Shown one piece after another: positions 51,430 to 60,431 of a stretch of DNA of 64,000 nucleotides (positions within the stretch are counted from its first letter, which is position 1; every line of letters starts with the position of its first letter). Where the stretch lies: IMG/VR virus record IMGVR_UViG_3300045999_008996, positions 1 through 64,000 of that record; one strand, given 5' to 3'. The notes beneath the pieces were generated by a model that saw only the letters and a list, made by a program, of their open reading frames with translations, searched no databases and was not told the origin of the DNA. A program made the translations under genes and the position numbers.

Positions 51430-51599
51430 TCATCCTCTTCATAAGGGAACATTTCGTCATACTCTTCGTCAGTTAGAGTAAGATACTGAACATTAGCGTT
51501 CTTGTGCTCTTCAGTATACATTAACTGATAGTGTGCGAAAGAAGATGAGTCGCTGCTAGCATACTCCAGCAGACCATCAACGAAACAAAGGTAGTTCAT
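51426..51599 (-). CDS. Hypothetical protein, 57 aa
   Basis: MNYLCFVDGLLEYASS...; ATGA overlaps on both sides. Confidence 0.6.
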   Translation of the reverse strand: MNYLCFVDGLLEYASSDSSSFAHYQLMYTEEHKNANVQYLTLTDEEYDEMFPYEEDE

Positions 51600-52027
51600 T
51601 TTGCGTACAGATAACCACCCGACCAGTCTGCATTTTCCAGCAGATATTCACGATCTTTGATCAATCGAAGGTCATAACGAACACCTTTCGCAGGAGATTT
51701 CCAAGTGGCAGACTTATACACTTCACCAGTGTTCTTGTCAATGAAGCAATGAACACTGCGCGAACCACCACCATTCACCAGAATGACTTTGTGATACTTT
51801 TTACCAGTCTCAATGGTATAGTCAATATCACACTTGCCAGACTTGAGTTCATCAACCTTGCGAAGGTGATACTCTACACCTTCACCACGTTCTGCGGAAC
51901 GCTGATGACCACGAATAGAATACTGACGATAGTTGTCTTTCAGTGCTTCAATCAGCAGCAGAGTGTTCTTATACACATTCTCTGCGATGGTTTGTTGTGC
52001 TTGTGCTTGCATTGTAGGAGTGCTCAT
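51596..52027 (-). CDS. Hypothetical phage protein
   Basis: GKKYHKV...SVHCFIDKNTGEVYKSATWKSPAKGVRY. Confidence 0.8.
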   Translation of the reverse strand: MSTPTMQAQAQQTIAENVYKNTLLLIEALKDNYRQYSIRGHQRSAERGEGVEYHLRKVDELKSGKCDIDYTIETGKKYHKVILVNGGGSRSVHCFIDKNTGEVYKSATWKSPAKGVRYDLRLIKDREYLLENADWSGGYLYAK

Positions 52028-52062
52028 ACTACTAGGACACTTTGGGGGTGAGTAACTTTAAT

Positions 52063-52980
52063 TCAACCCCAATTCTTCACCATTGTAAAGTTGGCATGAG
52101 AGAATGTTTCGCGGTCCACTACTTTGTAAGATCCAAACTTGTTATGAATGACATAACCTTCGTGGAAACTTGACACTCCCCAGAGATAACATTCAATCTC
52201 ATCTTCTTCATGAATGAACAGGAACAAATCGTCTTTGATAGACTTCACCAGTTTCCACAATCTGATGAGGTTCTTGTCACAATCACATTTTTCTGCAATT
52301 TCATCTTCATCCACGTCTCTTTCCTCACGGATGCAGGCATTGATCTCTTTTTTGATTTGTGATGCTTTACGGTCGCTCACAAACTCACATAGAGTGCTCA
52401 TTTGTTTAGCAAACTTACACACATCCTCCAAATCTTCACGATAAGGATTCAGGGACACCGCAGGTTGCACAAACAAGCATTGTTTGGTGCTTGCAAACTT
52501 GCTGGTGATAGGGTGTGCTACCATCTCAGGCAGTCGGTCCCCAGTGTAGTAAGTGTGAGGACAAATAACAATCTCCTGACGCACAATCTCAGGGAACTTA
52601 TAGGTAATAGTATTGGGTTTGAAAGTATCCAACCCACTACCAAAACCAATAAAATCACCCTGATACACTTTCTTAGTGCGAGGCAGGAAATCCAGACAGA
52701 AGATGAGGATTTGTGTTACGTTTGGTTGATGCCCAAAGTGCAGAAAGATGTCATCTTCGGTGTAACACAGGCGAATCTTTTGCTTGTTAAATGCTGCTTT
52801 GGTGCAGACAAAAAACTTACCATTCTCAGGATTAGTGCCCCACACAATAGCAGGAGCACCATCCATCTTTACGCTGATAGTAGAATCAGCGGAGAACCAA
52901 TCAAGAACCGAAAGATCACCATTAAGGATGCTATCTTCGGGGTGTTCAATGTGTTTGTTCTGCATTGGTTGCTTGCTCAT
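52063..52980 (-). CDS. DUF6267-like protein with ligase/nucleotidyltransferase KxDG motif
   Basis: NKHIEHPED, SVKMDGAPAIVWG, YQGD, HEGYV, KVVDRETFS. Confidence 0.7.
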   Translation of the reverse strand: MSKQPMQNKHIEHPEDSILNGDLSVLDWFSADSTISVKMDGAPAIVWGTNPENGKFFVCTKAAFNKQKIRLCYTEDDIFLHFGHQPNVTQILIFCLDFLPRTKKVYQGDFIGFGSGLDTFKPNTITYKFPEIVRQEIVICPHTYYTGDRLPEMVAHPITSKFASTKQCLFVQPAVSLNPYREDLEDVCKFAKQMSTLCEFVSDRKASQIKKEINACIREERDVDEDEIAEKCDCDKNLIRLWKLVKSIKDDLFLFIHEEDEIECYLWGVSSFHEGYVIHNKFGSYKVVDRETFSHANFTMVKNWG

Positions 52981-53019
52981 ACTACTGGGACACTTTGGAG
53001 GTGAGTAACTTTAATTAAG

Positions 53020-53241
53020 TCAAACTTGAACCAGTTTTTGTAGGCGATTGCGAATGTCAAAGATCTCCATATCATCCATATCTACAGAGTCAAGATCTAC
53101 AGGAGCAAACTCCTCAAGATTTACACTTCCATCGGCATAGATAGGTGCATAATACAACTCATCGCCATCTTCTTGCGAGAGAGTGTAAACGCAACCGTGA
53201 CCAGGAACAGTGAGAAAAATCATTGGAGTTTTTAAGAACAA
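53020..53241 (-). CDS. Hypothetical protein
   Basis: 73 aa ORF. Confidence 0.6.
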   Translation of the reverse strand: MFLKTPMIFLTVPGHGCVYTLSQEDGDELYYAPIYADGSVNLEEFAPVDLDSVDMDDMEIFDIRNRLQKLVQV

Positions 53242-53291
53242 AGGTACAATGAGGGAGCACTCATAGAAAGTAGTGCTCCTGTGCCAATTTA

Positions 53292-53549
53292 TCAGGCAGT
53301 GACTCGCTTACGAGTTTTAGTAACAGCAGCAGGTTGCTCCACTACATCAACAGGAGAAAGTTGTGCTTTACCAAACTCAATCAGCGTATCAACAAATTTC
53401 AGAAACTGAAGAGTTGCAACACGAACTTTCTCACGCCCATCATTCTCATTGAATGAACGAATGAAGAACTGAACCACACCAACAACAATGGCAGCGATGG
53501 TAGCGATGTTCTTCACGAGGGTGTCAACAAACGTCCAGTAAAAAGTCAT
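53292..53549 (-). CDS. Putative membrane protein
   Basis: N-terminal hydrophobic helix IATIAAIVVGVVQFFI. Confidence 0.65.
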   Translation of the reverse strand: MTFYWTFVDTLVKNIATIAAIVVGVVQFFIRSFNENDGREKVRVATLQFLKFVDTLIEFGKAQLSPVDVVEQPAAVTKTRKRVTA

Positions 53550-53617
53550 AATTTGGGTTAGAAACTTCAGTGAGGAACGACCCTCACACTACTAGGACAC
53601 TTTAGAGGTGAGTAACT

Positions 53618-53797
53618 TTAATTCACGGGAAGTTTTGCCATTGACACACCTTTTTTATGGTCAGTGATATACTTTCTGGCAGAACTTTCAGTCCTACAAA
53701 GTTTCTCAAGTTGCTGACCATTGTGAATGATAAGATACTGGTTGCCGTAGGGAATGGCAGCGTATTCATCACGAAACATTGTAAATCCTTCTTTCAT
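53618..53797 (-). CDS. Hypothetical protein, 59 aa
   Basis: MKEGFTMFRDEYAAIPYGNQYLIIHNGQQL...; TAA lies in repeat copy 11. Confidence 0.65.
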   Translation of the reverse strand: MKEGFTMFRDEYAAIPYGNQYLIIHNGQQLEKLCRTESSARKYITDHKKGVSMAKLPVN

Positions 53798-54324
53798 ACT
53801 AGAAACCTCTTCTCATATTCCAACAAATCTGATGGTGCAGGAATAATGTTGTCATCGTATTCTACAGCATCATTCCACCTTGCACCATTCTTCTGATACA
53901 ATTTGATGCCAAGATGCTTGTATTTGAGATTAGTTGGCACATGAACTTTGTAGTCGATACCATTATTTTCTGTGAGCATACTCAGATTCTTGTTCTCATC
54001 CTTTGTGACTGTAATTGTAGAGCAAGATAACCAAAACAGGTTCTCAAATACATCATAATCTTCCAGGTATTTGTCTGGATTGTCCATAATCATTCGACCG
54101 ATGAATTGTGGCGACAAACAGTGATCGTATGTTCGTTCTTTTGGATTATCTTTTGCTGCTTCACTTATCAGACCAAGATGATTGACCTGAGCACAATCAA
54201 ACACACCAATATAGTACAATCGTGTGATGGGTCGGAAGAAATCAGGGTCGCCCCAGTTTTCTACATTTGCCCGTAGCGAGTTGAATGTAGTTTGACAATA
54301 GGATTTCCAGTTCTTCAAGTTCAT
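53794..54324 (-). CDS. Hypothetical protein, possible HNH-like nuclease
   Basis: TYDHCLSPQ...TVTKDEN; weak motif only. Confidence 0.55.
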   Translation of the reverse strand: MNLKNWKSYCQTTFNSLRANVENWGDPDFFRPITRLYYIGVFDCAQVNHLGLISEAAKDNPKERTYDHCLSPQFIGRMIMDNPDKYLEDYDVFENLFWLSCSTITVTKDENKNLSMLTENNGIDYKVHVPTNLKYKHLGIKLYQKNGARWNDAVEYDDNIIPAPSDLLEYEKRFLV

Positions 54325-54437
54325 TTTGAAAAAAATCGGTGATTTAGTTGCAGTGGATGGGTTCTAGGTCGTTTGCAGTAAAATTGCAGAAAAATCAGGG
54401 TTTTGACCCTGATGAATACATGAGTCTAGAGTGAGAC

Positions 54438-55682
54438 TCACCGCCGCACCACACTGATAGCAGGTTCTCCCTTCTGGAAGATAGTATCAACAACCGACTG
54501 CACAGCGCGAGCGGTGCTGATACCAACCTTGCTGTAGACAGGAATGCAAACAAGACCGAACGATTTGCTATATTGTGCCAGGTTGCCAGGTTCGATACGT
54601 CCATCACGCAAACCTTTGGCATCATCGTGATGCAAACGGATGCAACGTCCGATGGTCTGACTGATACCAATGAAGTCCATATTACGCAGGAACAACACTG
54701 CTTCCAAACCACTCACATTGATACCCTCAGCGAGGATGCTGTGGTGTAGAACAACGAACTTCTTATCGTTATCCTTACCCCAGGCAGATAGGGTATCAAA
54801 GAATACCTCGCGGTTGACCTTGCGTCCATCAATAACTGCACCAGTCTTAGCAGTAATATACATCCAAGAGAAACCACGTTCCTCTAGTTCAGCACAGAAA
54901 TCAGTTTCCGACACCAGCGAAACGATTTGCTTGGTTGCCTTAGAACAAATTAGAATCTTACCGACTTTGTTCTCATCAATCGTTTCCAGCAGATTCTCTG
55001 CATCTCGGTCAAAGTTAGTCTGCTTGCCAGTTACCATAGGGAGTTGCTTGACGATAACTTTAGGAGGCACAATATAACCACCCTCAACCAACTCAGGAGC
55101 AGGAACTTTGCAGATTACCTGACCATAAACAGCAGCATCATTCATCCCAGGTTTGCCAGTGGCAAGGGAATGTTTAGGAGTTGCAGTAAAGAAGTAGCAG
55201 CGACGTGCGTTAGCAGCAAAGTGCTCAGTTGCAGGGAAAAAGTGACGCTGAACACTGTTATGTGCTTCATCAAAGTAAATTGTATCCACATCAACTTCTG
55301 CCACTTGAAGACGCGACAGAGAGTTGTAGGTGGTTACAATCAGGCGATGATTGTCAGCATTTGCATTAACCCAGTTGCGAATCTCACGCGGGCGAGTAGA
55401 AGATTCGTGATGAGTTTCACCACTGTGAATATGAAAAACTTTTGCGTTGGTGATAAACTCCATAAACTCAGCGGAGAGTTGCTCTGCCAGGAGAATACGA
55501 GGGGCAACAACAACAATCGTCTGTGGAGTTTCAGACTGCAACTCACGCAGACAATCATAGATCATCTTGAGAGTCTTACCACCACCAGTAGGAACAATAA
55601 TTTGACCCTTATTATGCTTCGCCATAGCAGCAACACCACGTTCTTGGTGCGGACGGAGTTGGATTTGCATTGGTATCATCAT
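54438..55682 (-). CDS. SF2 DEAH helicase (restriction-subunit-like)
   Basis: LRPHQ, PTGGGKT, YFDEAH, FTATP, LAEGINV, QTIGRCIR motifs. Confidence 0.9.
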   Translation of the reverse strand: MMIPMQIQLRPHQERGVAAMAKHNKGQIIVPTGGGKTLKMIYDCLRELQSETPQTIVVVAPRILLAEQLSAEFMEFITNAKVFHIHSGETHHESSTRPREIRNWVNANADNHRLIVTTYNSLSRLQVAEVDVDTIYFDEAHNSVQRHFFPATEHFAANARRCYFFTATPKHSLATGKPGMNDAAVYGQVICKVPAPELVEGGYIVPPKVIVKQLPMVTGKQTNFDRDAENLLETIDENKVGKILICSKATKQIVSLVSETDFCAELEERGFSWMYITAKTGAVIDGRKVNREVFFDTLSAWGKDNDKKFVVLHHSILAEGINVSGLEAVLFLRNMDFIGISQTIGRCIRLHHDDAKGLRDGRIEPGNLAQYSKSFGLVCIPVYSKVGISTARAVQSVVDTIFQKGEPAISVVRR

Positions 55683-55714
55683 CTAGTATTAGAGCACTTT
55701 GGAGGTGAGTAACT

Positions 55715-55954
55715 TTAATTCGCGGTCTGTTTATATACCTTCAGTTTATCAATCACACCTTGCATTGTAGCACGATTGTATCCATTCGCAAAGGATGGAC
55801 TTCTCTCAGTTTCGGGATTAGAACTGAAATCAACATTCTTAGCGACATTAACACCCTCTTGAAGAAGGCGAATGACATCATCAAAGACAAAATCAGGGAT
55901 TTGGATGTAATTCATTGTTCTCAGTGGTTTGATAAGTAAAGACAAAAATAGCAC
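55715..55954 (-). CDS. Hypothetical protein (start probably MNYIQ)
   Basis: TAA lies in repeat copy 12. Confidence 0.6.
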   Translation of the reverse strand: MLFLSLLIKPLRTMNYIQIPDFVFDDVIRLLQEGVNVAKNVDFSSNPETERSPSFANGYNRATMQGVIDKLKVYKQTAN

Positions 55955-55991
55955 GCTTAGAGGTCAATCTGAGCGTGCTGGTAGGGTTTAA

Positions 55992-56147
55992 TCAACCACC
56001 AAACATTTCATCAAACAACCAATCACCAGAACGCTCTTTTTCTTCCCAGACTTTGTTAGCGTTCTCAGCAATTATTGCTTGCTCAATCTTCATATCAAGG
56101 GCAGATTTGGTCATGAACCAGTTACCGTTGCGGTCTTGCCAGAGCAT
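55992..56147 (-). CDS. Hypothetical protein, 51 aa
   Basis: MLWQDRNGNWFMTKSALDMKIEQAII...; directly after repeat copy 13 leader. Confidence 0.6.
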   Translation of the reverse strand: MLWQDRNGNWFMTKSALDMKIEQAIIAENANKVWEEKERSGDWLFDEMFGG

Positions 56148-56207
56148 TGCGTGAGTGTTGTGCTTACACTACTAGGACACTTTGGAGGTGAGTAACTTTA
56201 ATTGGAG

Positions 56208-56885
56208 TCAACTTCCAGATGCTTGTGCTGCTGCTTTTGCTTTTGCTCTCATTTGAACGGCAACTTTACTGTTCCACTTTCCACCTTTTTCTTCGTATTC
56301 TCTACGCATTTGTGCAAGAATCTCAGTAGCAGACTTCTTAGTCTTTTGTGCTGCTGCTGTTTTCTCTCTGTTTCTTGCAGCATCTCTCTCCTGGCGTGTC
56401 ATAGGAGCACCACTATCAGTTCTCCATTGTCTGCGTGGTGCTGCTGGTTTCTTCTCTTGCTGTGGTTTTGCTTGAGCGATTGCTTGTGATGCAGTCTTTG
56501 GTTGCTCTTTACCACTTTCTTTTGCTTTACGCTCAAGATATGCTTTACGCTGTCTTTCTTTAGCAGTCATTGCAGCACTTCCTTGAGTTCCTGCAGTTCC
56601 TGGTTTCAGTTCTGTTGCACCTTGACCTCTTCCAGGTGCAGGTGCAGAAGAACCTCTTTGCTGACCAACATCTTTGCGTGTTTTGTATGGTCCAACAGGT
56701 TCGGTTCTTCCACCACCAACTGCTCTTACTCTGCGAATTTCAACAGGAGACTTTTTGCGCTCTTTACCTATTCTACCACCAGCACCAGTTTTGATGATGG
56801 AAGCACCACCACCCCAACCAAGTTGACTAGCAGCATCGGCATCAGATGCTTCACAAAGAGACATAAACTGTTGAAATGTACGCAT
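56208..56885 (-). CDS. Basic putative internal head protein
   Basis: MRTFQQFMSLCE N-terminus; late-like CTAAATA 56912-56918; Lys/Arg/Ala-rich. Confidence 0.65.
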   Translation of the reverse strand: MRTFQQFMSLCEASDADAASQLGWGGGASIIKTGAGGRIGKERKKSPVEIRRVRAVGGGRTEPVGPYKTRKDVGQQRGSSAPAPGRGQGATELKPGTAGTQGSAAMTAKERQRKAYLERKAKESGKEQPKTASQAIAQAKPQQEKKPAAPRRQWRTDSGAPMTRQERDAARNREKTAAAQKTKKSATEILAQMRREYEEKGGKWNSKVAVQMRAKAKAAAQASGS

Positions 56886-56914
56886 TGGTCTATCTAAACA
56901 CTACTTTTTAGTAT

Positions 56915-57604
56915 TTAGATGTCATCATTGTTCAATTCTTCTACCAATATAATATCTTTATGTTTTTTTCTTTTACCTTTTGCAACCTGATAGATTAGTG
57001 AATCATTATAATTATTTTGTTTACACCAATTATGTAAACCAGTCATCTCTAGTGTTCTACCATCTTCAAATGTAATGATCCAGGTTTTCCATAATCTATT
57101 TGTTTTATGCGTTTCTGTTGGTTTTCTTTGTTTTAATCTGTGTTTTTTCATTTCCTCTGGATTATCCTTTAGTTTTTTCCATCTTTCCGCGTAATATTTT
57201 GAAATCCTTTCTTTGTTTTTTTTGTAGTAATCAGATGCTTTCTTTTTCAATTCATCTTCACTATATTTTTTCGTCACTTTAGATAAATGTCTCTTCTGCT
57301 CTTCAGTCATAACTCTACCTGAAGATCCATCACCACCATCAGTTTTATTATGGAGAATACCAGTTCCTAAATCTTTTCTTCCAAAGACAGCAATCATATA
57401 GATTTCGTGCTTAAATGCTTCTTCTTCAGTAAGATTTTGCTTAAGAAATATTATTTTAGATTTATCTTTAGGAGATTTGGTGTCATTTTTTCTCCTTCTA
57501 TATGCTCGGTTTCCTTTACCTTTACCAATGTAGTAAGGAGTTCTATCCTCACGCAGATAAGCGTAGGTATAATAGTTATTCATTCTTGTCTTAAAGAGTC
57601 GCAT
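56915..57604 (-). CDS. GIY-YIG-like putative homing endonuclease (likely start MNNYY at 57583)
   Basis: YTYAYLREDRTPYYIGKG, AFKHEIYMI, LHNKTDGGDG; late promoter 57608-57615. Confidence 0.75.
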   Translation of the reverse strand: MRLFKTRMNNYYTYAYLREDRTPYYIGKGKGNRAYRRRKNDTKSPKDKSKIIFLKQNLTEEEAFKHEIYMIAVFGRKDLGTGILHNKTDGGDGSSGRVMTEEQKRHLSKVTKKYSEDELKKKASDYYKKNKERISKYYAERWKKLKDNPEEMKKHRLKQRKPTETHKTNRLWKTWIITFEDGRTLEMTGLHNWCKQNNYNDSLIYQVAKGKRKKHKDIILVEELNNDDI

Positions 57605-57679
57605 TTATATTTATATAATAAGAGGGACATTTCTGCCCCTTTTCATTTGCTTTTAGATGCGACTCTTAAGCACTAATAT

Positions 57680-57889
57680 TTAGTCTTCATCTTTAAGTTT
57701 ATCTTGGGCGGATTTGCTTACTTTACAAACTCTGTCGGTTGCATAAAATTGTTTCACACGTTCGCGACGAGTAGCAAGAAGCAAATCATACTCTTCTTGC
57801 TGTTGCTTACTAAAAGTGAAATCCTGTCGCCTCCAAGTCTCTTTCAGTTCTTTGATGTAAGGAAGCACGTTAGGGATGTGTTCAGTCAT
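57680..57889 (-). CDS. Hypothetical protein
   Basis: 69 aa; GACAGTTT/AAACTGTC palindrome upstream (57933-57950). Confidence 0.7.
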   Translation of the reverse strand: MTEHIPNVLPYIKELKETWRRQDFTFSKQQQEEYDLLLATRRERVKQFYATDRVCKVSKSAQDKLKDED

Positions 57890-57948
57890 TGAGTATATTA
57901 AAGGATGAGGGGTCAGTGTGGAGAGTTTAGTGGACAGTTTAGAAACTG

Positions 57949-58083
57949 TCAGTAGTCAATGTTAGACTTAAGATATTCATTCATATTAAAATCATCTTGT
58001 TCTTCAATCAATTCAACAAGATCTTTTTCATTAAAGTCAAATCCAGCGATTTCTTCAATTTGAATGTCGTCGAAGCAGTCCAT
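57949..58083 (-). CDS. Small acidic protein, 44 aa
   Basis: MDCFDDIQIEEIAGFDFNEKDLVELIEEQDDFNMNEYLKSNIDY; after repeat copy 14. Confidence 0.6.
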   Translation of the reverse strand: MDCFDDIQIEEIAGFDFNEKDLVELIEEQDDFNMNEYLKSNIDY

Positions 58084-58131
58084 AACTTGTTTGTTGCTTA
58101 CATTACTAGGACACTTTAGAGGTGAGTAACT

Positions 58132-58713
58132 TTAATTGCGACTCATAATTGCTCTCATTTCTCTTCTTTTTTGTGCCTGCTGAGCACTTGCTTCGTGCTC
58201 CATTTCTCTCTGAGCATGTGCTTCTCTTGCTCTTTTTCTTGATAACTGACTTTTTGCAATCAATTTATTATAATAATTGGGTTCCATTGTAGGAGTTTGC
58301 TCAGTCTGCAATTCTCTCTTAATTTCCGATTTTAATGCTTCTCTTTCTCTTTGTGCAGATAATCTTTCTTTCTGTCTTGATTGATAATCGGAAACCTTTT
58401 GTTTTTGTGCTACCATTTGTTTCTTTTGTCTCTGACGAAGTTCTTGTCTTCGCTGTTGCAAATCTTCTGTGATTTTATTAACTGATTTTGCTAACTTTTT
58501 CAATCTCTTTGTTACTGCTTTTCCACCACTACGCTTTACAACTAACTTATCAATTTCTTTCTTTTTTGGTTTACCCAGTGGACCATCATAACTCTGGAGA
58601 GTATAAGAAATATTACCTTCACTATCTTTCTTATAAGTTCCAGGAACTGCATGTGGGGGAGTATCAGGTTTCTTACCTTCGCAGATTTGATAGAACTCTC
58701 TAAATGTCAGCAT
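58132..58713 (-). CDS. Basic putative internal head protein
   Basis: MLTFREFYQICE N-terminus; AATAAATA 58733-58740; TAA in repeat copy 14. Confidence 0.65.
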   Translation of the reverse strand: MLTFREFYQICEGKKPDTPPHAVPGTYKKDSEGNISYTLQSYDGPLGKPKKKEIDKLVVKRSGGKAVTKRLKKLAKSVNKITEDLQQRRQELRQRQKKQMVAQKQKVSDYQSRQKERLSAQREREALKSEIKRELQTEQTPTMEPNYYNKLIAKSQLSRKRAREAHAQREMEHEASAQQAQKRREMRAIMSRN

Positions 58714-58741
58714 TTTAATTATACTTTTTGATTATTTATTT

Positions 58742-59032
58742 CTACTCAAATTCAAGTGCTCTATTTGATACTTTCATAGGTGGAGTTTGATATTCAGGAA
58801 GTGTAGAAGTTTCAACATATACTTCAATCTTAGTCTCTTTGTCCCAATGCCGAATTGCATTGGCGATGATGAAACAGTTAGTAATAAAAATACTCAAAAA
58901 CATCAAAAGGCGGATAAGTGCTACCTTATCCGCTTCTTTATCACATTTACTTGCTTTTTCTCCAAGTGCCTTAGCAAGCAACCGCCAGACAGTTTTGTTC
59001 TTCCTCATAGATTGATTCTCTTGATTTAACAT
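58742..59032 (-). CDS. Putative membrane protein
   Basis: WRLLAKALGEKA...ADKVALIR + hydrophobic helix + IANAIRHW. Confidence 0.65.
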   Translation of the reverse strand: MLNQENQSMRKNKTVWRLLAKALGEKASKCDKEADKVALIRLLMFLSIFITNCFIIANAIRHWDKETKIEVYVETSTLPEYQTPPMKVSNRALEFE

Positions 59033-59234
59033 ACTTTAAGTGTTTCCAATCTTCTTTGTAACAAACTACAAGCAATCTTTCATTCTTATGAATAGGACAA
59101 CATTCATAGTTTTCTTCATCTTTAGGGCGGACAATGTACTCAATGGTTATGTACTCATCTCCCTTAAAATAAACCCAACCTTCAACACCTTTTGTCCATT
59201 CAACATAATCATTGACTTGTGGTTTGTATGTCAT
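58971..59234 (-). CDS. Hypothetical protein
   Basis: YKPQVNDYVEW...EGWVYF...YITIE. Confidence 0.7.
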   Translation of the reverse strand: MTYKPQVNDYVEWTKGVEGWVYFKGDEYITIEYIVRPKDEENYECCPIHKNERLLVVCYKEDWKHLKYVKSRESIYEEEQNCLAVAC

Positions 59235-59611
59235 ACAAAGAACGCATCTAATGGAGACTGCTTGATAGGCATTGTAGTATAGTTTCGCGTGTCGTTGATA
59301 TTTACACGAGCACCGATGGACTTACTATTGATGGGGAAGAAATACTCTCTGGTTTTGGTATTGTAGAAGGAGTGTATAGTTCTGGTCGGAGCACCATTAT
59401 TATAGACAAACTTGCGAGTGTTGCATAACCAAATACTGACAACATTTCGCTTGAACTCTTCACACTCATAATAGTATCCTTCGGGAGCAGAATAAGGAAG
59501 TGGGGGAACTTCAACAGTCATAGAATTTGTCACGCGACATATACTCAATTTGCTTCTGCAGTTGTGAGATTTCGTGTTCTTGTTCTGCAATTTTACTTTG
59601 CAGTTGTTCAA
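59231..59611 (-). CDS. Hypothetical protein (start probably MTVEV)
   Basis: APEGYYYE...FKRNVVSIWL...TRNYTTM. Confidence 0.65.
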   Translation of the reverse strand: MNNCKVKLQNKNTKSHNCRSKLSICRVTNSMTVEVPPLPYSAPEGYYYECEEFKRNVVSIWLCNTRKFVYNNGAPTRTIHSFYNTKTREYFFPINSKSIGARVNINDTRNYTTMPIKQSPLDAFFV

Positions 59612-59680
59612 TACGTTCTTGATACTGTGTCTTCAAATCAAAAACCATTTTATTGGTGTGAGCAACGTGGTGAGTCATAA

Positions 59681-59923
59681 TCAGGTTGTAAAAGATTCAA
59701 CTACTGCAGATTCTACATCCTCAGCAAGAGCATAAGTCCTTGCGCTTAACACATTTTCACGAAGAGTGGTGTAATACTGTTCATAGAAGTTGTCATCATC
59801 TTCTGCAGCAATCAAATCAAAACATTCATTGTCGTTTTCCGCAATCACATTCCAAAGTCCACCATATTCACTGGAAGGAAAAGGAATGTAGTGGTCAACC
59901 AGATAAAGAAACTTTTGTGCCAT
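59681..59923 (-). CDS. Hypothetical protein
   Basis: VDHYIPFPSSEYGGLWNVIA. Confidence 0.75.
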   Translation of the reverse strand: MAQKFLYLVDHYIPFPSSEYGGLWNVIAENDNECFDLIAAEDDDNFYEQYYTTLRENVLSARTYALAEDVESAVVESFTT

Positions 59924-59946
59924 TTGTGTTTGAAAATTACTCCTTT

Positions 59947-59975
59947 AGTATAGGTTTAAGATTGCAGTTTGTCAA
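59947..59975 (-). promoter_or_regulatory. Sigma70 promoter
   Basis: TTGACA-N17-TATACT followed by AAGGAG. Confidence 0.8.
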
Positions 59976-60236
59976 TAAAACTCTGCAAGATAATAGTCTA
60001 CAGTAACCTCCATTTTTGCCGCTTCGCGTTCAACTTCTTTCCAGAACTCTTCTGCTACTTTGTCCATTTCTGCTTGTTTGATAAGGTCGCGGAGTCGTTT
60101 CGGAATCATTTTAGTTGTTGAGTTGCTTGTTGACGATAGTATGATTTATAAAGAGCATCATCACGCTGGATTAGAAAGACATTCCAACCAAGAATGACTG
60201 CAAGACTAATCAATCCAGCGACAATGTGCTTTTTGT

Positions 60237-60428
60237 TCATTTAGAAGAAACTCCTGTGGGTTTGAAGATAAGATTAGCAAGAGCAATGATGGCAAAGTTC
60301 TGCCAGAAGGTCAAAGATACATTGAACCAAGACAGAATAAGTCCAAGCAACCACGCCTCAAAGAATAGACTTGCTGTTACAAGAACAACAGCAATAAAAA
60401 GAACGCCAAAAGCGGTAGTAGTTTTCAT
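60237..60428 (-). CDS. Small membrane protein
   Basis: Almost entirely hydrophobic 63 aa. Confidence 0.65.
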   Translation of the reverse strand: MKTTTAFGVLFIAVVLVTASLFFEAWLLGLILSWFNVSLTFWQNFAIIALANLIFKPTGVSSK

Positions 60429-60431
60429 AGG

